The notes: a model not told the origin generated them from the sequence alone. A stretch of DNA of 64,000 nucleotides from Nitrososphaerota archaeon (GCA_028867755.1 JAGWFT010000001.1:164727-228726), one strand, 5' to 3'. Shown: positions 1 to 9,118, counted from the stretch's first letter. Numbers and translations: made by a program.

Positions 1-146
1 GATACTGCGTCAGAGGAGGAGAGTGTTTCTTGGAGAGTCTTGGCTGGGATTCGTGATACTGCGTCAGAGGAGGAGAGTGTTTCTTTGAGAGTCTTGGCTG
101 GGATTCGTGATACTGCGTCAGAGGAGGAGAGTGTTTCTTGGAGAGT
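1..146. repeat. 54-bp tandem repeat (2 full copies + 1 partial; continues beyond the window) encoding TLQETLSSSDAVSRIPAK
   Basis: Unit gatactgcgtcagaggaggagagtgtttcttggagagtcttggctgggattcgt at 1-54 and 55-108 (one substitution), partial at 109-146. Confidence 0.95.
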
Positions 147-3100
147 TACAGTGTTAATCTGGTTTGCTGAATTTATTTCAAGTGCAACTTCAGCCCATTT
201 ATCACCAGTAGTACCAGCAGTCCACTGAAAAGTTGTTGAAGTGGACGCTGGCTGCGTGTTAAGGTGATAGCTTGATGCTCCTGCTGCAGTCGTACCCGCG
301 TTTGTTGAGTAACCAGATGTTTGTGTAGGTGAAGTTGGACTAACTGCAGTAGTTGTTACTTCGACGACTCCATCTACCACCATACTATTTAGATTAGTAT
401 TGGTAAGTGAGGTTGTAATTGTGCCCGATGTACCCGTAGCAGTATTTTTTGAAGCACCTACCGGAGTTGCTTGTAAAACGCCCGTTAAGGCATACGCACC
501 TGCTTGCATGACAACATTACCGCTTGCTGTAATTAGGAGCGTTTTTGCACCAGTGGTTGGAGCTTTCATGTACCACATTGAAACTTGGCCTGTGTTGGCA
601 AGGGCTGGTCCTGCAGTCATTGCTACAGCATTCCATTTTACACTTGATACAGTACCAGACGCAGTAGAGACAATGACTAACAATAGTGTATTTGAACCAC
701 TCGCTGGAACAGTAATTCCCGTACCACCGCTGCAAGAAAGTTGATGGGAGGGCCCACTTGCTGTTCCTTTACATGTGGTTTGTACAGCGCCGTTTAATGC
801 TATTGTTCCAGTAGAAGGATCAACAGCTACAAACCATGGCCTTGCTTCTTTGAAGACTTGACCTGAGCCATAGCTTATCTGAGCTGGGCCCAGTGCATAT
901 AGCTGCGGATACTGCAATGGTACAGAGTATGTGTATTGTACTGACGTTGAATTTCCAATCAAGTTCTTGTTCCATGTTATTGTAGTAGTATCTCCCACAG
1001 TCTGCACGACTCCATCAGTTGTAACGTTAAAGACAGAAGGCACTGTTTCTTGGATAGTAGCAGAGCTTGCATTGGTAAATGAAGTAATATCCAGTTTTAC
1101 GTTAAACGAGTTTGGATTGTCCACTGGGTCAATCTTGGAATCAGCTGTTCTGATTATATCAAATGGGTACGAGTTTTCAGCCAAAAATGAGGTGTTGAAA
1201 ACGGCAGTGCCTGATGGATTTGTAGCACTAATTCCTACAGTATAGTTTCCTTCTGATGTTGTGGCATAGCTTGCATCATAGAGACCACACTGACTCTCTG
1301 GTGTAACTCCATTTCCTGTGGAAAGAGTGGTAGGATTGCCTGATGGGTCTACAATATTCATTGAAATGTTAGAGTTGCATACAGAGTGGCCACCATTGTC
1401 TAGTACCACTATGATAAAGTTGGCAGTCTCCCCTGGCCTGTAGATGCTTTTCTCCGTGTTAAGGGATACAAGGCCCCAGAAGAACTGATTTTGCGTGGTA
1501 AATGTCTGACCATTTCGCGTTAACGTGACTATTACCTTGTAAAGACCTGGATTTGCGCCTTTTAGTGAGGATAGCTTGATGTCAAATTTACCATCTCTGA
1601 GTTTTTGGAATACAGATTTTAATGGAATTTTCTTGCCGTTTGGTCCTATTATATCGATCTTGATCTTTCCTTCCTTGCCTGCCCAAGCATTATTCTGTAC
1701 TGAACCTAATGATTCTTTGATGTCTTTTTTGAACTTCTTCAGGTCTGCCGCTGTAAAGTACTCGAACTTGAATTCAGGGTTTTCAGTTATCAGGTAGCTG
1801 TTCTTGGTATTTACTAGAGACGTAGTTACAGGTATGGCAGTATCGTTGGCAGAGGTGTCATTTAGGGATGTACCGTTTACAAGTGATGTACTGTTCAAAA
1901 TGGATGTGCCATTGAGAACAGATGTAGCATTTGAGAATTGGTTAAAGGAGAGAGAGTTAGTGCTGTTTTTTAGGTTCACATTTTGTACTATGGTTGAATT
2001 TATTGTTGGATTAAGATTAGTTAGTTTGGTAGAATTTGATATAATACTTGCATTGATTTGTGTATTCTGGGAAAGCGGGTTGTTTTGATATATCTGAGCG
2101 ATCTGCAATGGGCTCAAGAGTGAATCATATAGTTTAACATTCTCAATCAAACCTGAGAATAGATTACTTGCCGTATTTCTAGAACCAAGGTAAGCACCAA
2201 TGAGTACGTCGGCATTTGATGATAGGCTATCAACTGTCTTAGTTTCAAGTTGACCATTGAGTGCAATTGTAGGTACACCGCTTAGCTGCTGACTTGCTTC
2301 TTGTTTTCCGTTAACGTAAATTGTAATGGTAGTATCATTGAAGGTGGCAGCAATATGTGTCCAGTCTTGTGGAATAGCACTGTTCGATGTTACCGTATCC
2401 CATTTTATTCCATCAAATATTGAAAAGAAGACCTTCTTTACAGGAGGCATGTTGTTGTTGACTGCAAGTATGAAGGTGTTGCTTTTACTGATTACAGTAA
2501 ATTGTGATGAACCCTGGCTATAGTCTGGCTTTATCCATGCAGATAGAGTGAGGGCCGAGAGATTTGCAGTAGAGGTAACGTTCTGTTTTAGATATCCATT
2601 ACCATTGAGTTGTAATGAGGGTGTGCCTGTACTATTGTCTAGTTGGGTATCACCTACAGAATTAGAATTCAAACTAGATTGAGTAAACTGCCATGAGTTG
2701 GTAGGACTTGTTCCATTTGTAGAGTTTGGGTTGTTTATTGCAATAGAGTTTGAGAACTGATTGGAGAGAGCATTAGTGGCATTAGAGAAATGATTGAAGG
2801 AGAGTGTAGAGTTTGTAATGGATGCAGAGGTGACGTTTGAGAACTGATTGAAGGAAAGAGTGCCAGTGTTGTTTGGTACAGTGTTGTTTATTGCAGTAGA
2901 GTTTGAGAATTGGTTGAATGAAAGAGAGTTGGTGCTGTTGTTTGCTGTAGTAGAGTTTGAGAATTGGTTGAATGAAAGAGAGTTGGCACCGTTTGATACT
3001 CCAGATACAGTTTGATTTGATGATTGCTCTGCATATGCAGCTGCAATAAAACTTGGAGAGAGAGATATAGGAGTAGCAACAGATGATGAAATTAGAACGA

Positions 3101-3893
3101 TGATAAAGAAAAAGGATAAAATTTTTCTGGAATTAGAAATTCTAAGTTTTTCATTTTCAGATTTGACTAGAATATATCCCGAAATGGGTACTAACAACAA
3201 AAAGACAAGAGGATCATTTGGATTAATTGCATCGTGAACAAATTTTGAAATTCCATTGTCCAAGATTATACTTTCCGAAATTATTTTTGTACTGTCAGGA
3301 ATATGTATAGAAATATTCTTGCCAGCATTTCCAATTAATTCCATATATGTAAATTTCTTGAAATTGTTTTCTAGATTTACAATTGCTTGAGTAAAAACTA
3401 ATTCTTGATTTTCTATCAAGCTAACTGATTTGATTATAGATGTTTGATAATTCGATATAGGATTGTTTGTCATTTCTTTGCCATTAATTCTAATTCGATC
3501 AAAATTCCAAATTCTATCAAAGGTTGTTTGAAATTCGGAATTTCGTTTTACAATAGAGATCAAGTTTTGATTTTGACCATCATCAAGTGTAAGTGACATT
3601 TTCTCTGACAAGTTAACTTGAATTTCTGTTGATGGTATTTTTTTAATTGCTGAATTTTGATCAGGTGATGATTTGTCATCTGAAACTCCCATATTTTCAG
3701 CTAGATTAATCTTGAAAGTTTTTTTGTTATATGAGCTGTCTTGGTTATCAATCGTTTGAATTTTTTTTGATAATTCTTGTTGTCCAGATTGCATTGCAGT
3801 TATAGAATCAGCATTAGCAATACTCAAAGAAGTGGTCAATGCAAATATCAGAAAAATGGCGATACTTGATTTCCAGAGTCCTCTATTCATCAT
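1..3893 (-). CDS. Giant secreted/membrane surface protein (>1297 aa, runs off left edge): N-terminal signal, internal hydrophobic segments, LamG/concanavalin-A-like domain, MG2-like domain, C-terminal 18-aa repeats
   Basis: Absent from the ORF track because no stop lies in the window. Manual translation from ATG at 3893 (MMNRGLWKSSIAIFLIFALTTSLSIANA...) stays in frame, checked at 3128 and 29. LamG motifs: LTLSAWIKP, WTHIAATFNDTTITIYVNG, FSGLIENVKLYDSLLS. MG2-like: LNTEKSIYRPGETANFIIVVLD. Confidence 0.85.
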   Translation of the reverse strand, partial: MMNRGLWKSSIAIFLIFALTTSLSIANADSITAMQSGQQELSKKIQTIDNQDSSYNKKTFKINLAENMGVSDDKSSPDQNSAIKKIPSTEIQVNLSEKMSLTLDDGQNQNLISIVKRNSEFQTTFDRIWNFDRIRINGKEMTNNPISNYQTSIIKSVSLIENQELVFTQAIVNLENNFKKFTYMELIGNAGKNISIHIPDSTKIISESIILDNGISKFVHDAINPNDPLVFLLLVPISGYILVKSENEKLRISNSRKILSFFFIIVLISSSVATPISLSPSFIAAAYAEQSSNQTVSGVSNGANSLSFNQFSNSTTANNSTNSLSFNQFSNSTAINNTVPNNTGTLSFNQFSNVTSASITNSTLSFNHFSNATNALSNQFSNSIAINNPNSTNGTSPTNSWQFTQSSLNSNSVGDTQLDNSTGTPSLQLNGNGYLKQNVTSTANLSALTLSAWIKPDYSQGSSQFTVISKSNTFILAVNNNMPPVKKVFFSIFDGIKWDTVTSNSAIPQDWTHIAATFNDTTITIYVNGKQEASQQLSGVPTIALNGQLETKTVDSLSSNADVLIGAYLGSRNTASNLFSGLIENVKLYDSLLSPLQIAQIYQNNPLSQNTQINASIISNSTKLTNLNPTINSTIVQNVNLKNSTNSLSFNQFSNATSVLNGTSILNSTSLVNGTSLNDTSANDTAIPVTTSLVNTKNSYLITENPEFKFEYFTAADLKKFKKDIKESLGSVQNNAWAGKEGKIKIDIIGPNGKKIPLKSVFQKLRDGKFDIKLSSLKGANPGLYKVIVTLTRNGQTFTTQNQFFWGLVSLNTEKSIYRPGETANFIIVVLDNGGHSVCNSNISMNIVDPSGNPTTLSTGNGVTPESQCGLYDASYATTSEGNYTVGISATNPSGTAVFNTSFLAENSYPFDIIRTADSKIDPVDNPNSFNVKLDITSFTNASSATIQETVPSVFNVTTDGVVQTVGDTTTITWNKNLIGNSTSVQYTYSVPLQYPQLYALGPAQISYGSGQVFKEARPWFVAVDPSTGTIALNGAVQTTCKGTASGPSHQLSCSGGTGITVPASGSNTLLLVIVSTASGTVSSVKWNAVAMTAGPALANTGQVSMWYMKAPTTGAKTLLITASGNVVMQAGAYALTGVLQATPVGASKNTATGTSGTITTSLTNTNLNSMVVDGVVEVTTTAVSPTSPTQTSGYSTNAGTTAAGASSYHLNTQPASTSTTFQWTAGTTGDKWAEVALEINSANQINTVTLQETLSSSDAVSRIPAKTLKETLSSSDAVSRIPAKTLQETLSSSDAV

Positions 3894-4863
3894 TATTTAT
3901 TGTCCTAGTCTGATAATCTTAAGACGAATGGAATTTTGTAATATGTGCAGGATCCGAACTGGCAGAACAGCCCAGATGTAATGCCACTCTGGAATATCAT
4001 ATTTTTACCAAAAAATCCCGTATTACTAACAAGTGTTAAGACAAATTCCTAATTTTTAACAATTAATAGATATCTAGATTCTACTACAATTAAGATACAA
4101 GCGTTTCAAATACAGTTAGAAAGATTTTATTTTTTAAAATATTGAAAATGATCAGATATGTATTTTTGAAAAAATAATACAACACCTGAAGAATATTATT
4201 TTGAAATTGTGTCATAAACAGTGTCTTTACTGATTACAAATATGTAATTATTTGTAACAGTACTTTTGTATCGTAAGAAAATATTTTTAATCAAAATCAT
4301 AAATCTAATAATATTTATCTTCAGACTTAAAATTTCTCAGAAAGTTGCTTTTGTTTGTCTTGCAATACTTTTCATAATGAATATTTTCTAGTATTGACCA
4401 AATTCTCCAACTCCTAAATTATCTAGTACTTATCTCAAAAAGACAGTATCTTTCTCTAATATTGTACGCGTTATTATTTTTCTCTAAACTGTTAGCATTT
4501 CATCTCTATTCCGATCATCCTACTATTTCATTTATAGATCAGCAATTCCTAAAAAGAAAAAGATTTGTTCTATCTTTTATGTTGTTATAGTAATTTTGTT
4601 TTTGATATATATTACAACTGTGTTTACAAAGACGTTGACAGTAGCATACAGAGCAACGAAGAAAATTTTTTTCCAGAATTTTCTATACTGTGTCATGTGG
4701 TATATTTTTTCTTGCTGCATTAAATAATCCTATTACATACGAAAGCAAAAACAAAAATACCAAACTGTCAAATCTTAAATAATCACGATTCATTCATGTT
4801 TCTGATTCTTGGAATAGTTTTACTCGAGACAATCATAAAACATTACAGTGTTGATTTTGGAAA

Positions 4864-5667
4864 TTAGTACTTGCAGTAAATCTCACTTTTCTTTAGTCTT
4901 ATAATGACTATTAGAGAAGAGATAGTTACAGATAGAATCAACAAAGGCCATGGAAATTCTGGAAGAGATTGGTCAGGAGATATTAGATCTCCCCATAATT
5001 TTGGAGGCGGAATCTCGAATGTGTTTTTAGACGATATATCTTTTGGATATGTGTAAATTTTACCAGTGTGTGACTCGAAAACAGCCATGTAGAACCCATA
5101 GTGGTCTAACCTTCCAAGCTTATCGAGCGGTATTCTAAATTCATAGCTTGAATGTGGATCTAAACTATATCGATCGTGTTTATCTGAAACATTACCTATA
5201 GCAACAAGCCCATCAAAATTGGTAATTTTTTTGAAATTACCATTAAACCCTAATGTAGATCCTCCCTGCAACGTATACGATTCGGTACCGTTTAAAACAT
5301 TAACAAAACAATAATCGTTAGAAGTAGATTCTTGTGGTTTTGCATCATTTTTATCAAAACAAATCATGGCATAATCTGATCTCTTTTGGTAATTGGTGTC
5401 GGTAAGATCATCTATCATAATATAAATAAAATTGTCTTGATGAGCACTTCTCAATTCAATTTCAGTTCCATCATCATAAAAAAAATTATTGAGACTTGAT
5501 GCCTTCCATTCTTCTGTAAACGACCATTTTCCATCAAATACAACATTATTCATGTGTGTTGAGAGTGTTATCATTATGGGTTCGTCCGCATAAGCACTTG
5601 AGGTACCCAACATAAAGATCAAGATCATTAAGACATAATACTTGACTTGCAAAATTGTAGACGCCAT
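4864..5667 (-). CDS. Secreted protein with DOMON/carbohydrate-binding-like domain and C-terminal PEF-CTERM-type sorting signal
   Basis: Signal peptide ending ..SSAYA; VVFDGKWSFTEEW motif; C-terminus LPEFPWPLLILSVTISSLIVIIRLKK (PEF + TM + basic residues). Confidence 0.7.
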   Translation of the reverse strand: MASTILQVKYYVLMILIFMLGTSSAYADEPIMITLSTHMNNVVFDGKWSFTEEWKASSLNNFFYDDGTEIELRSAHQDNFIYIMIDDLTDTNYQKRSDYAMICFDKNDAKPQESTSNDYCFVNVLNGTESYTLQGGSTLGFNGNFKKITNFDGLVAIGNVSDKHDRYSLDPHSSYEFRIPLDKLGRLDHYGFYMAVFESHTGKIYTYPKDISSKNTFEIPPPKLWGDLISPDQSLPEFPWPLLILSVTISSLIVIIRLKKSEIYCKY

Positions 5668-5697
5668 AATAAATTATTAATGAATAGATTTTAAACT

Positions 5698-5994
5698 TTG
5701 GTTATTTCGTTGGACAAGTTTATAGACCATGTTATCTTTTTGGTGATTATGAAAAAACCTGTTGTTATAGGAATAATTGCCATAATAATTTCAATTGGAG
5801 TGATAGTAGCATTATCTTATGTTGTTCCTGCAGGTAGTAATAATCCTGCTAATGTTCCAACAAACTCACAAAATACCACTGTTACAGTTACACCTCAGAC
5901 TGTCAATAATGCGACAACTGTTACTGCTCAAAATACAACTGGTAAACATTTCAACATAACTCTGCAAGAACAAGTTGGTATAAAGACAAAATAA
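5698..5994 (+). CDS. Small membrane-anchored Asn/Thr-rich protein (probable start MKKPVVIG at 5749)
   Basis: N-terminal TM helix, low-complexity N/T/Q stalk, terminal motif HFNITLQEQVGIKTK. Confidence 0.7.
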   Translation: MVISLDKFIDHVIFLVIMKKPVVIGIIAIIISIGVIVALSYVVPAGSNNPANVPTNSQNTTVTVTPQTVNNATTVTAQNTTGKHFNITLQEQVGIKTK

Positions 5995-6071
5995 TCAAGT
6001 TCCAAATTGGAACGTATCATATGCAGTAATTTCCACAATGTCTAATAATGAGAGATTGATCCTAAGAGACA

Positions 6072-6692
6072 ATGAATCATCTAAAAACTATGGGACTGTT
6101 TGGCATTGTAGCTATAGCAGTTGGCATGGTTGGGATAAACGGAGTTAATGCAAGCACATTAGGAATTGCAGATACTCCTAAATCCGATTCAGGTGAAAAG
6201 ACATCCTTGCTTGGCCACATAATTGTGACCGTAACAGATTCGCAAGGACACATCAAGGCATATCGACAAACTGACAACATAGTGACAAACATAGGACATG
6301 ACTGTGCTGCTAACCTGCTCTTTGGAACAGGATTTGCAAACTGTTCTTCTCCAGCAGTATTCAAGTATATTGCAGTCACAGCAGCAACCAGTGTCGGAAC
6401 AGGTACAGCTACTGATACTACACTTTCTGGCGAACTTACCACAAACGGATTGGCAAGAACCTCAGGAACTGTCACAGCAAACCAAGTTGCAACAGGTACA
6501 ACAACAAGTGCTATTGCACAAGTAGCAAATACTTTCACATATTCAGGCACTACTGCGCAATCTGTAGCAGCTGCAGGATTGTTTGATGCAGCAAGTACTG
6601 GAAATATGTTTGCTGAAAGGGCCTTTGGAAGTGCAGTCACACTGAATCAAAACGACCAACTGACGGTACAATGGCAGATAACACTTAGTTAA
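6072..6692 (+). CDS. Secreted beta-rich protein resembling small phage virion/tail-associated structural proteins
   Basis: Signal peptide, then GHIIVTVTD..NIVTNIG..FKYIAV..ATDTTLSGEL..AAGLFDAASTGNMF..LTVQWQITLS. I recognise this motif order from tailed-phage structural proteins; this is pattern recognition, not a search. Confidence 0.7.
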   Translation: MNHLKTMGLFGIVAIAVGMVGINGVNASTLGIADTPKSDSGEKTSLLGHIIVTVTDSQGHIKAYRQTDNIVTNIGHDCAANLLFGTGFANCSSPAVFKYIAVTAATSVGTGTATDTTLSGELTTNGLARTSGTVTANQVATGTTTSAIAQVANTFTYSGTTAQSVAAAGLFDAASTGNMFAERAFGSAVTLNQNDQLTVQWQITLS

Positions 6693-6844
6693 TAATTGAC
6701 ATTTTTGTAAAATAATTATTAACTATTTGATTTTTCCATGTCTATCCCAAGACTATTTTTTTAATTATTCCATTTGATCTAATCAACTTCATTTTTGGTT
6801 TAACAGCCCAAACCTATAATCCAAGGCAATAACAAGTTCTTGAC

Positions 6845-7546
6845 ATGTCATTAAAAAACAAAAAATATGTAGGGTTTGAAAGATTAAACAGAAAAATAAT
6901 AACCTGTAAAAAATGTTCCAGACTTTCAACTTACATACGTAAAGTGTCACAAGAGAAAGTTTTAAGATTCAGAGATGAGAATTATTGGGGCAAGCCTCTT
7001 ACTGGCTTTGGAGACATTAATGCCCAAGTATTGATAATAGGATTGGCGCCTGCCGCACATGGCGGAAATAGAACTGGTAGGATGTTTACGGGAGATAGTT
7101 CAGGAGATTGGGTGGCAAAAGTTCTTTACGAATATGGTTTTGCAAATCAGCCCACTAGTGAGACTATTGATGACGGTTTTCAGCTAATTAGCGCCTATAT
7201 CACTGCCTCACTTAGGTGTGCCCCTCCACAAAACAAACCATTGAAGGAAGAGCTTGATAACTGTTCCACGTATTTGCAAAATGAGATCTTATTATTGAAA
7301 AATGTTAAAGTGGTTGTATGTCTAGGCAAGATAGCATTTGATTCCTGTTGTAAATTATTACATATCAAAGGTATTAAGTTCTCCCATGGAAACCAATTTA
7401 CTCATAAAAAATGGATTATCATATGTTCATATCATCCAAGCAGACAGAACACCCAGACAGGTCGCTTGACATGGAAGCAGTGGTCAATGGTATTTGCAAA
7501 GGCTAGAAAATTTCTTGATGATAAAGAGATCGCAGTAGATCTTTAA
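6845..7546 (+). CDS. Uracil-DNA glycosylase, family 5 (UdgB type)
   Basis: GLAPAAHGGNRTGRMFTGD, RCAPPQNKP and YHPSRQN motifs; CxxC for the Fe-S cluster. Confidence 0.92.
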   Translation: MSLKNKKYVGFERLNRKIITCKKCSRLSTYIRKVSQEKVLRFRDENYWGKPLTGFGDINAQVLIIGLAPAAHGGNRTGRMFTGDSSGDWVAKVLYEYGFANQPTSETIDDGFQLISAYITASLRCAPPQNKPLKEELDNCSTYLQNEILLLKNVKVVVCLGKIAFDSCCKLLHIKGIKFSHGNQFTHKKWIIICSYHPSRQNTQTGRLTWKQWSMVFAKARKFLDDKEIAVDL

Positions 7547-7616
7547 TAAAGAAAATCAGGATTTTTTGTAATATAAAAAGAAGACGTTCTCGCCAGTCTC
7601 CCCATCCGAGCTTCCC

Positions 7617-8258
7617 CTACTCGTATGTTGATTGTGACGATACGCCGGAGGGTGATGGAACTGATGGGAACCTGTCGCCAATTTGTTGTTCTGCAACTGC
7701 CGATGCCTCTTGGAGTATCTTCTCTGTTTCTTCGCTTGATACATCGGATTCTACATTGAAGTCTCCACCTGCTAGTGAGTCCATCATTAGTCCATTGAGT
7801 GTCTGGGTCATTGCATTTAGTTCGGAATCTGCTTCTGGCATGAATCTTCCAAGGGATGATTTTAGTCCCTTCATTGTTGACATTGCAGGAGCAATTGCTA
7901 CCATTGCATCGCCTAGGTCGTGTATTGTTGTTAGACGCAATTGTACTTGCTCTAGTGCCATTCTAGCATTTCCTAGCATCTTTGTGACCTTTCTTATCTC
8001 TGCCAATTCATTGGACAGAACTCTACTTGTGCTCGCATCGTGTTGCTGCATTGCGACTACGATTCGCTTGAAAAGCTGTTCATCTCTTTGTCTTAGCTTT
8101 GTCAGCATAGCATCCATCTTCGATATTTGACCCTGTAACTTGTTCACAGCGCCCTCAATTCTTGGTTTGAGTGCTCCCTGTGGTTTTACAGTTTCACGTA
8201 ATTTTTCGGTTAAACCTACAGACTCGGGACGAGTCCAGGTCTTATCGAAGCCGGTCAT
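7617..8258 (-). CDS. cdvB: ESCRT-III/Snf7 family CdvB paralog
   Basis: Helical Snf7 core (KPRIEGAVNKLQGQISK..LSNELAEIRKVTKMLGNARMALEQVQLRL); strongly similar to 40742-41380. Confidence 0.88.
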   Translation of the reverse strand: MTGFDKTWTRPESVGLTEKLRETVKPQGALKPRIEGAVNKLQGQISKMDAMLTKLRQRDEQLFKRIVVAMQQHDASTSRVLSNELAEIRKVTKMLGNARMALEQVQLRLTTIHDLGDAMVAIAPAMSTMKGLKSSLGRFMPEADSELNAMTQTLNGLMMDSLAGGDFNVESDVSSEETEKILQEASAVAEQQIGDRFPSVPSPSGVSSQSTYE

Positions 8259-8282
8259 GGCTGCTAGTTTTAAAGTTAGTTC

Positions 8283-8327
8283 TTAATTGCCGGTGTATAT
8301 TATCATCAACTCTAGGCTAAATTTAGC
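8283..8327 (-). promoter_or_regulatory. cdvB promoter: GCTAAATTTAGC palindrome, TACACC, AATTAA TATA-like box
   Basis: Palindrome 8316-8327, TACACC 8292-8297 and AATTAA 8283-8288; same offsets from the start codon as at the second cdvB. Confidence 0.7.
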
Positions 8328-8362
8328 TCACAAAATAAATCTGCCATAATTAGTTTGAAAGT

Positions 8363-9118
8363 GTGGCAAGAATAGCAGTTTTTGATTCAGGTATTGGTTC
8401 GCTTTCCATAATAAAACCAATCCAAAAAAAAATCAAGTCAGAGATTATCTATTTTGCTGATCAGGATAATTTCCCATATGGCACAAAGTCACCTAGTGAA
8501 TTAAAAAAAATTATCAGGTTAACGATTAAGAAACTAGAGGAAAAATTTGAGCCAGATTTGATAGTGATGGCATCAAACACACCTTCACTTTTGCTAAATC
8601 ACAAAAAGCAATCAAAAATTTTGGGAGTATATCCACCATTAAATGATGCTGCAAAAAAAACAATTACAAATACAATAGCAATTCTTGCTACAAAATCAGT
8701 TGTTGAAAGTAAAGAATTACGTAACTATATCAAAAAACAAGTTCCTGCAGGGATCAAAGTTATTAAGATTAATGCGTTACCACTTGTAGATCTTGTAGAG
8801 TCTGGAGCCTTTCTAACAAAAAAGAAATTTTGCAAAAAAAAGATCAACTCAGTCCTACGTATTATTATAGACAAACAAATTGATGTTGTTACCTTATCCA
8901 GCACACATCTTCCATTTCTTCTACCAATGTTAAAGAAGATCTTTCCCAGTGTAGTATTTCTTGATCCAGCAGACTCTATAGCTAATAAGATTGCAATACT
9001 ATTAAATGAAAAAAAATCAAACACATGTAAATTAAAGATATTTGCATCAGGAGATACCAAGACATTTCAAAAAAAGCTGCGAAAACTAGGAATTAAAAAC
9101 AATGTACAACAGCTATGA
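8363..9118 (+). CDS. Glutamate/aspartate racemase-fold protein with both catalytic Cys replaced by Ser
   Basis: FDSGIGSL and NFPYGTKS are MurI motifs; MASNTPS and LSSTHLP align to ACNT and GCTH. Confidence 0.8.
   Translation: MARIAVFDSGIGSLSIIKPIQKKIKSEIIYFADQDNFPYGTKSPSELKKIIRLTIKKLEEKFEPDLIVMASNTPSLLLNHKKQSKILGVYPPLNDAAKKTITNTIAILATKSVVESKELRNYIKKQVPAGIKVIKINALPLVDLVESGAFLTKKKFCKKKINSVLRIIIDKQIDVVTLSSTHLPFLLPMLKKIFPSVVFLDPADSIANKIAILLNEKKSNTCKLKIFASGDTKTFQKKLRKLGIKNNVQQL

Noticed and set aside
1-146. 54-bp, 126-bp, 12-bp and 24-bp repeats as CRISPR arrays
   Set aside because: They are tandem without unique spacers, have lengths that are multiples of 3, lie in coding frames, and no cas genes are present.
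40-3079. Several short ORFs in the track (40-228, 400-744, 931-1245, 1576-1797, 1804-2088, 2326-2523, 517-735, 2888-3079)
   Set aside because: They are antisense or off-frame shadows of the single long minus-strand ORF <1-3893.
3100-3135. Apparent frameshift in the giant ORF at T/A homopolymer runs
   Set aside because: Recounting codons (AGA AAA ATT TTA TCC TTT TTC TTT) shows the frame is continuous.
5698-6692. Prophage call based on the phage-like protein
   Set aside because: There are no integrase, terminase, portal, capsid or att sites, and the flanking genes are cellular.
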